Part shown: positions 1 through 7,079 of the stretch, in pieces | Layout of the letters: every line of letters begins with the position of its first letter | Position numbering within the stretch: position 1 is the stretch's first letter | From: Candidatus Eiseniibacteriota bacterium | GTDB taxonomy: Bacteria; Eisenbacteria; RBG-16-71-46; JABDJR01; JAWXBZ01 | Direction: 5' to 3' | Assembly (NCBI GenBank): GCA_034440375.1 | Contig: JAWXBZ010000101.1 | Location: 1 to 21,761, forward strand | Length of the DNA: 21,761 nucleotides | Program-made: the position numbers and the translations under genes | Notes under the pieces: generated by a model | The model's database searches: none | What the model saw: only the letters and a program-made list of their open reading frames with translations | Told to the model about the DNA's origin: nothing

Positions 1-15
1 CATAAGAAAGCCTCC
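1..15 (-). other. Probable start (ATG plus RBS) of a divergent gene that runs off the left edge of the window
   Basis: Minus strand reads GGAGG (15-11), a 7-nt spacer, then ATG (3-1). Confidence 0.55.
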
Positions 16-150
16 GTATGGTTGATTGGACGTCTCGCAACGCCTTTCTACCACATTGAGGCTTTTCTGTTTTCACACTTCGTGAATTATCCGGGCTAGA
101 CTCACCCGAGCCGCGCGGATGCCCTCCCTCGTTACGCACGGAGATCCAGC

Positions 151-1761
151 ATGACCCGATCCTCGATTGACCGCCGGGAATTCCTCCGTCGGGCCGGCAT
201 GACTGCGGGTACCCTGGGTATGGCGGGGGGAGTTGCCGCCCTTCCGGGATGTGGCAATACGACGACCGGCCCGCGGCCGCCACTGGCTCCCACGACGCTT
301 ACCGCGGTGGCGCACTCCGCCACCCGCATCGACCTGTCATGGACCGACAACGCCTCCGATGAAACATCGTACGAGGTTGAGCGCCGCCTGGCCTCCGACA
401 CGGAGTTTGCGCCACTCGCCACCCTGACCTCCGATCAGGTCGACTTCACGGATGAATCCGTCGGTGAGCAGGTGATGTACATCTACCGGGTTCGCGCCGT
501 GGCCGAGACACTGGAGTCGGAGTACTCCAATGAAGCCGAGGCAACGACGCCGGCGGCCGGCGCCCCGCTCGCGCCGCTCGGACTGACTGTCGAGTCGGTC
601 ATGCCGAATGGGGCCGTCCTGACCTGGACCGACGCGGCCATCAACGAGAACGGCTACCGCGTGGAGCGGATCGACGACGCCGGCGTCGCCACGATTCTGA
701 CTCTCCCGCGGGGAGCCGCGAGCGCCTTGATTGACGGCCTCGCTGCGGACGACATCGTCCGGGTTCACGTGATCGCCTTCAATGAGATCGGCGACTCCCC
801 GCCATCGGCCGAGGTCCGCTTCCTGACAGGGGCCGTGGCCGAGTTGATCGTCTTGACACCCGTGGAGCCGGGACGACTGCGCGTCAACTGGACCGATCGA
901 ACCTCTGGCCGACTCGGATTCCAGCTCGATCGGGATGCCGGCTCCGGCTTCACGCCGGTCACCACCCTGCCGGCCGCCACCCGGTCATTTGACGACACGA
1001 CGTTTCCGCTCGGTGTCACGGTTACCTATCGCCTGTCGGCGGTCGGTACCGCTTCGATTGCACCACCAATGGCGTCGCTGGTCATTCCCGGCGCGCCCCC
1101 GGCGGCGCCGACGAACGCGGCCGCGAGTCTTGTCTCGACGAGTGGCAGCCGAATCCAAATCGGCTGGCTACACCCGGGCGGTGACGATGTGATCGGTTTC
1201 GCGATCGAGAGGCGTATCGGCACCGGTGCGTTCAGTCAACTTGTCATCCTCAACGACCCCCAAATGACCTCCCACGAGGACGCTCCAAACGCCGACTTCG
1301 TTCCGGTGACTTACCGTGTGATTGCCCAACGAGTCATCAACTGGAACCTGGCCGGCGCATCACCGCCCTCCAACGAAGTCGCCATCACCCCGCGGGCCGT
1401 CTTCTTCTTCACCGGCAACCTGGCGGTTCTCAACACGGTGAACAAGGGGGTGGCCGTCACGATCAACCGGCCGTCGGTCAGCATCGGCGCCGCGTGCAAC
1501 GCCACCACGTCGAGCGTCTACCTGGTGCGCGAAAACGAAACCAGGATTGCGGCCGTCGTGGCTCACTGCACCCATGCCTGCCTGCGGCCCCCGAACTTCA
1601 ACTGGGTCGAGTCAGCAACGCGCTTCCGCTGCGCGCACGGTTCGGAATTCAATCTCGCGGGGCAGGTGCTCCGTGGTCCGGCACCGAGCAATGTGGCAAC
1701 CCTTCAGACCGTTCTTTTCAGCGACCGGGTGGAGTTGATCCCGCCGACGCTGATGCTCTGA
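151..1761 (+). CDS. Tat-exported lipoprotein with about four fibronectin type III repeats and a C-terminal Rieske-like [2Fe-2S] domain
   Basis: N-terminal DRREFL twin-arginine motif, hydrophobic stretch, lipobox LPGC (Cys codon 250-252); repeated FN3 signatures (LSWTDNASDETSYEVER, LTWTDAAINENGYRVER, VNWTDR, YRVRA...SNE); C-terminal CTHAC...CAHGSEF...G.VLRGPAP; GGAG RBS upstream. Confidence 0.85.
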   Translation: MTRSSIDRREFLRRAGMTAGTLGMAGGVAALPGCGNTTTGPRPPLAPTTLTAVAHSATRIDLSWTDNASDETSYEVERRLASDTEFAPLATLTSDQVDFTDESVGEQVMYIYRVRAVAETLESEYSNEAEATTPAAGAPLAPLGLTVESVMPNGAVLTWTDAAINENGYRVERIDDAGVATILTLPRGAASALIDGLAADDIVRVHVIAFNEIGDSPPSAEVRFLTGAVAELIVLTPVEPGRLRVNWTDRTSGRLGFQLDRDAGSGFTPVTTLPAATRSFDDTTFPLGVTVTYRLSAVGTASIAPPMASLVIPGAPPAAPTNAAASLVSTSGSRIQIGWLHPGGDDVIGFAIERRIGTGAFSQLVILNDPQMTSHEDAPNADFVPVTYRVIAQRVINWNLAGASPPSNEVAITPRAVFFFTGNLAVLNTVNKGVAVTINRPSVSIGAACNATTSSVYLVRENETRIAAVVAHCTHACLRPPNFNWVESATRFRCAHGSEFNLAGQVLRGPAPSNVATLQTVLFSDRVELIPPTLML

Positions 1762-1797
1762 ACGGGCTCGTTATCGTGCCAGGACCCGCGCCGCACA

Positions 1798-1818
1798 ACG
1801 GGCGCGGGGAGCGCCCGT
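1798..1818 (+). terminator. GC-rich hairpin downstream of the FN3-Rieske gene (possible terminator or 3' protective stem)
   Basis: ACGGGCGC (1798-1805) pairs with GCGCCCGT (1811-1818) around a 5-nt loop; no U-tract follows on the + strand. Confidence 0.4.
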
Positions 1819-1858
1819 AAAATTGAAGGCCCCGCCCACCTTTCGGTGGACGGGGCCT
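1819..1858 (-). terminator. Rho-independent terminator on the minus strand
   Basis: Minus strand AGGCCCCG-T-CCACC-GAAA-GGTGG-G-CGGGGCCT forms a 14-bp stem with one G.U pair and a GAAA tetraloop, followed by TCAATTTT. Confidence 0.75.
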
Positions 1859-2010
1859 CTCCATCACTTCATCGCTTTTCCGTGATGGAAGCCGCTCGGG
1901 GACGAATGAAAACCTTCTTCGTCCCCTCGCGGACCGCGACCGAGGCAGTGCCTCTTCCCCTGTCGCCGGGAACACCGTCCGGGTTACCAGCCCAACCGCC
2001 GCGTTCCTTG
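1819..2010 (-). ncRNA. Candidate structured small RNA of about 190 nt, family not recognised
   Basis: Consecutive stems at 2007-1969, 1939-1927, 1926-1898 and 1889-1860, then the terminator at 1858-1827; G.U pairs and the GNRA loop favour the minus strand; TATATT -10-like hexamer at 2022-2017; no convincing ORF. Confidence 0.5.
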
Positions 2011-2076
2011 AACCTGAATATAGTGGCCGGAACCCGGCAGAGCCACATTGATCTGGTAAAAACAGAGTAAAAGTTG

Positions 2077-3678
2077 TCACGGACCGCGCTGGGGGCTTGC
2101 TCCCGAATCAATAATCAAATCTCTCTCGCTCGAATCAATCTGTGGTGCCAATCGGGACGCCCCACTGTAAAAACTTTTGCTACCGGCTCCGTCTGGAATC
2201 GTGACCATGGCATCGACCCCCGGGTGGTTCCGGGCCAGCCATTCGATGGCCCGGCTCCCAAGCACGAAGAGCGTCGTGGACAGCGCATCGGCAAGCATGG
2301 CCCCGGGGGCCAGCACGGTTGTGCCGAGGACGCCGGTCACCGGCTCGCCCCGGCGGGGGTCCATGATGTGGCCGTAGGTGATGCCGTCGAGCACGACGAA
2401 TTTCTCATAGCCGCCCGAGGAGGCCACCGCCTCATTCGTGAGGCGCAGGACTGACCGAATGGAATCCGGCTGAGCCGGATCTCGTATGGCCACCGGCCAG
2501 CCACAGGTTCCAGGCTCCGCGGAACCGCGCGCGATGATGTTGCCACCGAGATCGATGAGCGCGTCCTCGATTCCGATGGACTCGACTGCCGCCATCGCAC
2601 GATCCAGCGCGTACCCCTTGGCGATGCCCCCGAAGTCGAGCGCCATGCCGGCCGCGCCATACCGGACGCCGCGCCGTTCCATATCGACAACGAGGCGTTG
2701 CCAACCAACAAGCGACCGAACCGAATCCACCTGGGTCGGTGTCGGGCGATGCCCGGCGCGCCGATAAAATCCCCAGAGGTCCATCAGTGGCTTGACCGTG
2801 ATATCGAACGCACCATCCGACTCCCGCGCCATCGTGAGCGAGGCCGCGAAGACATCCCAGGTTGGTCCACTCAATCTCACCATCGAGTCGACCGCCGTTT
2901 GGTTCAGACGCACCAGCTCGCTCGATGGTCGGTACAGGCTCATCAGGGAATCGACCAGGGCCAGTTCCCGGTAGGCCGTGTCGAAACCGCGTCGGGCGAG
3001 ATGCGAATCCGCAATGCGCAGCCGGACCTCGCAGGTGGTTCCCATGATCAGCCAGAGTCGACGGTGTTCCGTGGCAGGGCCCGCCTGGGCGGTATTCGCC
3101 AGCGCCATACCCGCCAGGACCAGAGCCAGGGTGCCGGTCGTCGCGCGCGCGGATTTTCGCGTCGGTGGGTGCCGCGTGAACCACATGTCCCGGATCGGGA
3201 GCATCACCTGGAGCAGGAAGGCAAACGTGAGCGCCAGGATCGAGACGATTGACAGGGGCGCCAGGCCGGGGGATACATAGCGGATCAACCAGGGCATGGC
3301 CGCGTCCAGCAGCATGGCCGCGAACGAAAAAAGATACAGGGCGATTTTTCTCCGCTCCGAAAGCGCGGTCAGGGCGACGATGTGGGAAAGGATGAACAGG
3401 AGAACTCCCTGGCCGAAGAGATGTGGATGCACGGCGTCGAGAAGTTCGCGGAAGGTTTTCTCAAATGTCATGACGCCGGCATCGGGGAGCATCTCTCCCT
3501 CGTTGCCGTTGTACCAGGCCCGAACACCGGCCGGTGTCATCCCCGTCTTGTCCCAGTAGTTGATCACGCCGACGATCAGGGCCACCACGATCACCATGTT
3601 GAACACCGTGATCAGCACCTTCGTGTGCCGGGGCGCCCCGGAGAGGTTGAACTTTCGTTCGGCGTGGTACTGGGTCAT
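2077..3678 (-). CDS. apbE: Fusion of an N-terminal 4-TM His-containing membrane domain and an ApbE-family FAD:protein FMN transferase
   Basis: C-terminal ~330 aa carry ApbE motifs IMGT, FDITV, DFGGIAKGY, DLGGNI, ASSGGYEK, HIMDPRRG and ADALSTTLFVLG; the first ~165 aa have four hydrophobic helices with HPH and SH motifs; ATGA overlap with the upstream gene. Confidence 0.9.
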   Translation of the reverse strand: MTQYHAERKFNLSGAPRHTKVLITVFNMVIVVALIVGVINYWDKTGMTPAGVRAWYNGNEGEMLPDAGVMTFEKTFRELLDAVHPHLFGQGVLLFILSHIVALTALSERRKIALYLFSFAAMLLDAAMPWLIRYVSPGLAPLSIVSILALTFAFLLQVMLPIRDMWFTRHPPTRKSARATTGTLALVLAGMALANTAQAGPATEHRRLWLIMGTTCEVRLRIADSHLARRGFDTAYRELALVDSLMSLYRPSSELVRLNQTAVDSMVRLSGPTWDVFAASLTMARESDGAFDITVKPLMDLWGFYRRAGHRPTPTQVDSVRSLVGWQRLVVDMERRGVRYGAAGMALDFGGIAKGYALDRAMAAVESIGIEDALIDLGGNIIARGSAEPGTCGWPVAIRDPAQPDSIRSVLRLTNEAVASSGGYEKFVVLDGITYGHIMDPRRGEPVTGVLGTTVLAPGAMLADALSTTLFVLGSRAIEWLARNHPGVDAMVTIPDGAGSKSFYSGASRLAPQIDSSERDLIIDSGASPQRGP

Positions 3679-4247
3679 GGCGCGATCCCATAAAATGTCC
3701 GGAGGATGCCCAGAACTTTCCGGACACCGAAATTGAGTGATCGGACCGAGAGCGTGGCGCCGGCAATGTTGATGATGTCCCGGTTCTGCCGGATCGGGTC
3801 ATCCCAATCCTTGCCGCGATACTGGTTGAGAAAGCGGGTCCGCCGGATGTCCGCACCATGCGACTCGCGATAGACAAGGACCGTGACCCGCGCCACCTCG
3901 AGCTCCGGTGTTGTTCCGACAAGAAAGGTGATCGGACGATACTTGCCGATTTCCTCGGAGACCACGCCGTAGCCGATGAGAGTCGTGTCGCACCAGGCCA
4001 GATGCACGGTGACGGTGTCGTCGGCCACCGGACCACCGAGGGATTTTTCCAGCGCGCCACGCTGCACCGTGGTCATCACGCGGTTTTCGGTGTCGAAACG
4101 GTTCGCCGTTGGAAACGTCTCCGACAGGGCCTCATGCGTCCCCTGGTAAACCGTGACCGGCATGTCCGGAATCGGTTCGGACGCCCGAACCGTTCCCGCC
4201 AACAGAAGCATGAGGCCGGCGAGCCTTGCCGCGTGATGGAACCTCAT
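3675..4247 (-). CDS. Exported FMN-binding domain protein, probable ApbE flavinylation substrate
   Basis: Signal peptide ending VRA; YRESHG..I....FL.QY.GK segment; INIAGATLS, a variant of the [S/T]GA[S/T] flavinylation motif; adjacent to apbE. Confidence 0.85.
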   Translation of the reverse strand: MRFHHAARLAGLMLLLAGTVRASEPIPDMPVTVYQGTHEALSETFPTANRFDTENRVMTTVQRGALEKSLGGPVADDTVTVHLAWCDTTLIGYGVVSEEIGKYRPITFLVGTTPELEVARVTVLVYRESHGADIRRTRFLNQYRGKDWDDPIRQNRDIINIAGATLSVRSLNFGVRKVLGILRTFYGIAP

Positions 4248-5431
4248 CAGAAGTAGGTGGCCACGGAAAAGTGGGCGGAATCGTTGGGGAGGCTGTCCGT
4301 GTCGATGCCGCGACCGGCGCGCCAGCCCCGGGTGACATCCACCTTGAAGGCCGTGTCCTCGGTCGGCCGAAAATTGAGGCCAATCGCCAGGCGCCGATTG
4401 CGATCGCCGGTCTGGTCGGTGTCAAAATCAACCTGGTCGAATCGCGCGACGCCGGTCAGGACCGAGTTCGGCATCGAGCGAACCACGCCGGTCAGGAAAT
4501 GGATGTTCGTCTGGATGTAGAAGCCGTTCTGACCAACGTTGTCCGAACCGTTCAGGGTGACGCCGTCGGGAAGCCCGGTGGAAGCCACTGCGTATTCGCC
4601 GAGGATCTCCAGCGGGCCGCGGTTGAAGCGCGCGTCGAGCGCGGTGATGGTGAGTTTTTCCGAGGATGTTGTTCGATCCGTATAGCGGCCCGTATGGGTC
4701 GAGATGCCGAGATCGAGTCCGAGCATTGGGCTCAGGCCGAGTCGCCCCACGAACGAGCGCGAATTGTTATTGTCGGTCTTCGCGCTGCCGCGACCGCTCC
4801 GGATCCGAACCTCGCCGGTCTGTGCCCCACCGGAAGTGGCGAGAATCCCCTCATCAAACCCGTTGACCAGGTAAGCCTCCCAGCTGAGTATCGACGATTC
4901 ACCCGGCTCGATCGAACCGAAAAAGCCCATCCCCGCCTCGGACAGTGTCGTAGGGATGATCTGCTGATCGACCAGCGGCCGCTCGGTCAGATCGTTGACC
5001 GGTGAATCGTGGGTCAGGTTGAACCGACCGAGCGGCGACAGGAGAACGCCGCCGCGGAACTGGATCCACTCGGCCATCCGAAAATCGATCTGGGCGAATT
5101 CAACCTTGATCTCCCCATCGGTCTCCTCATCGCCGGCAACGGTGCCGCCGTATTCGAACTCGATCTCGCTGGCCACCGAGACGCGGTCGGAAATCTGGCC
5201 GTACAGGAATGGCACGAAGCGATGCGCCGTGAACGTGCTGCTTGTCTCGTTGGCATTCAGTTCGATGTCGATGTAGCCACCAACCCAGAAGTTATCGCCG
5301 CTGCGAAAGAGGAATGGCTTGTCGTAGATGCCACCTGAATTCCCGGGCCGAGGCGCCTCGGTTGTTTCCTGTGCCGCGAGGAGTGTCGGTGTGAAACCCA
5401 GAATCAAGGCAAGTGTCGCTGCGCGAACCAT
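4247..5431 (-). CDS. Outer-membrane beta-barrel/porin-like protein (OprO/OprP-like fold)
   Basis: Signal peptide; alternating amphipathic beta-strands (SEIEFEY, VEFAQIDF, LAIGLNFRP, FKVDV); C-terminal Phe (VATYF); RBS GGAGAGG; TGATG overlap with the downstream gene. Confidence 0.8.
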   Translation of the reverse strand: MVRAATLALILGFTPTLLAAQETTEAPRPGNSGGIYDKPFLFRSGDNFWVGGYIDIELNANETSSTFTAHRFVPFLYGQISDRVSVASEIEFEYGGTVAGDEETDGEIKVEFAQIDFRMAEWIQFRGGVLLSPLGRFNLTHDSPVNDLTERPLVDQQIIPTTLSEAGMGFFGSIEPGESSILSWEAYLVNGFDEGILATSGGAQTGEVRIRSGRGSAKTDNNNSRSFVGRLGLSPMLGLDLGISTHTGRYTDRTTSSEKLTITALDARFNRGPLEILGEYAVASTGLPDGVTLNGSDNVGQNGFYIQTNIHFLTGVVRSMPNSVLTGVARFDQVDFDTDQTGDRNRRLAIGLNFRPTEDTAFKVDVTRGWRAGRGIDTDSLPNDSAHFSVATYF

Positions 5432-5469
5432 GAGAATCCTCTCCCAGAATGTAGATAGGCCTGCCGGAT

Positions 5470-5485
5470 GTTAGCTATATCTAAC
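5470..5485. promoter_or_regulatory. DtxR/SirR/MntR-family-like metal-repressor operator 1
   Basis: Palindrome GTTAG-CTATAT-CTAAC (TTAG-N6-CTAA core) just downstream of the predicted transcription start of the porin operon. Confidence 0.65.
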
Positions 5486-5497
5486 TTTCGGATCGGC

Positions 5498-5526
5498 AGA
5501 CTAACCTCTGACCTCGCAGAGGTCAA
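5498..5526 (-). promoter_or_regulatory. Sigma70-type promoter of the porin-FMN-apbE operon
   Basis: Minus strand TTGACC (5526-5521), 17-nt spacer, TAGTCT (5503-5498). Confidence 0.7.
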
Positions 5527-5527
5527 T

Positions 5528-5543
5528 GTTAAATATGCCTAAC
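5528..5543. promoter_or_regulatory. DtxR/SirR/MntR-family-like operator 2
   Basis: GTTAA-ATATGC-CTAAC, the same 16-bp dyad as 5470-5485 with one arm mismatch, abutting the -35 hexamer. Confidence 0.55.
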
Positions 5544-5617
5544 AACCGTTATCCACGGCAGACCAGCGCGAGAGGCCTGTAAACTGTTTCAGTGCAAGAA
5601 CTCTAACTCGCTATAAA

Positions 5618-6979
5618 TTAACATGATAGGATGGCGATCGCACTGCGGGACGGGATTCGTTCCCCTGGGCGCCAAGAGCCAGGAGCACCTCTTTCGGGAC
5701 CGGCCAGAAGCACTTCGCCACTCGGACAATCAACCTCGGCGGGCCAATCGATCGGAGACGACCCGGTGTTGAAGACAACCAGCAGCTCGCCCGCCGGACC
5801 CTGTCGACGAAAGGCCGCCAGTTCGTTTGAATCGATCGTGACGATTGCCTCCGGCGCTTCGAATCCGGCGATGTGGCGGCGGTAGTCCAACAGATTCCGA
5901 AGCCACTCGCGATACCCGGTCGCTCCCGGCACCTCCCACGCAATCGGTTCCCTTTCGAACAGGCTCGGTCGGTGACGGGCACCGACCTCCTGCCCGTTGT
6001 AGACCAGGAAGGCCCCCCCGGCGAGCGCGGCGAAAAGCGCGGCGCCGCGAGCCGCGGTACCCATTCGATGGCAGGCCCGTGGCTCGTCGTGATTCTCCAC
6101 GAAGCGCATGGGGAGCGATCCTTCCGGGAAGTGGCTGAACCGGCGGGCCACAAGGATCCCCAGGTCGGCCGCGGCCCGCACACCGCGCGTGACCTGGCGC
6201 ATCGCCCGGTACAACTCCCAGTCGTAGCTGGCATGAAACCCGACGCGATGAATGGCCGGGTCATCCCATTCGGCCAGAAGGAAATGGTCGGACTTGATCG
6301 AGCCGAGCCGGGCGGACGCCTCCTGCCAGAACCAGCCGGGAACCATTCCGGCCACGTCACAGCGGTAGCCGTCGATGTCATACCGACGAACCCAGTGCTT
6401 AACCACCTCGATCAGGTGATCGGCGAGGCCCGGCGCGGAAAAATTCCAGTCCACGACATCGGACCAATCGCGAACCCGTCGCGTCGGCAGGCCACGGCGG
6501 TCCCGGGCGAGCCAATCGGGGTGATCCACCGCCATTCGATGGTCAGGCGCTCCGTGGTTCAGCACGCAATCAAGGATGACCCGAAGCCCCGCGGCGTGGG
6601 CGGCCTCGACAAGATGGCCAAGGTCCTCTTCCTCACCATATTCGGGATTGACTGCCAGGTAGTCGCGGATGGCGTAAGGCGATCCAAGCCGCCCCTTGCG
6701 ACCCGACTCCCCGATCGGATGAACCGGCAGCAGCCAGAGGATGTCGGCCCCGAGGGTGGTGATTTCCCCCACTCGTTCGGTGACGTCGGCGAGCGTTCCC
6801 CGGGCACCGAAGGCACGCGGATAGGCGCAATAAATGATCGGTTCCCTGGCCCAGGCAGGCGGCGTGGGCCCCTTACCGAGGGGAGTACCCGGGGGGTCGC
6901 GCCGCAGGCCATGCCGGCTGCCGGCCTCCGGGCGGGGTGCGTGGCCAAGTCGATCATGGTTGACAGGGCGCCGCTTCAT
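5618..6979 (-). CDS. GH13 alpha-amylase-family glycoside hydrolase
   Basis: ILWLLPVHP, GSPYAIRDY, ILDCVLNH, GYRCDVA (nucleophile Asp), LLAEW (acid/base Glu) and VENHDE; RBS GAGGAGG; no obvious signal peptide. Confidence 0.92.
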   Translation of the reverse strand: MKRRPVNHDRLGHAPRPEAGSRHGLRRDPPGTPLGKGPTPPAWAREPIIYCAYPRAFGARGTLADVTERVGEITTLGADILWLLPVHPIGESGRKGRLGSPYAIRDYLAVNPEYGEEEDLGHLVEAAHAAGLRVILDCVLNHGAPDHRMAVDHPDWLARDRRGLPTRRVRDWSDVVDWNFSAPGLADHLIEVVKHWVRRYDIDGYRCDVAGMVPGWFWQEASARLGSIKSDHFLLAEWDDPAIHRVGFHASYDWELYRAMRQVTRGVRAAADLGILVARRFSHFPEGSLPMRFVENHDEPRACHRMGTAARGAALFAALAGGAFLVYNGQEVGARHRPSLFEREPIAWEVPGATGYREWLRNLLDYRRHIAGFEAPEAIVTIDSNELAAFRRQGPAGELLVVFNTGSSPIDWPAEVDCPSGEVLLAGPERGAPGSWRPGERIPSRSAIAILSC

Positions 6980-7079
6980 CCCGTTTCCTCCTCATCCCCT
7001 GTGAGATTGATCGATCCCCGTCTGGAGTTGCGAACCCACCGACGATGACGCGCGCATTGTACACACCGATCAGGAGTCA

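Noticed and set aside
1819-2016. Assignment of the structured element to 6S RNA, SRP RNA, tmRNA or a cobalamin riboswitch
   Set aside because: GGTTCAAGG and the length recall 6S, but the 5' and 3' ends do not pair into a rod. I saw no SRP helix-8 motif, tRNA-like ends or B12 box, and no gene lies downstream on that strand. A cmscan run is still needed.
1718-2111. Short ORFs in the Rieske-apbE intergenic region (1718-2080, 1846-2070, 1869-2111)
   Set aside because: No clear RBS, they run through strong hairpins, two of them overlap neighbouring genes, and the composition is not protein-like.
5873-7048. 391-aa plus-strand ORF, and similar long antisense ORFs at 7730-8857, 11980-12786, 19149-19967 and 20054-20969
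   Set aside because: Each lies opposite a well-supported gene and has no domain signatures.
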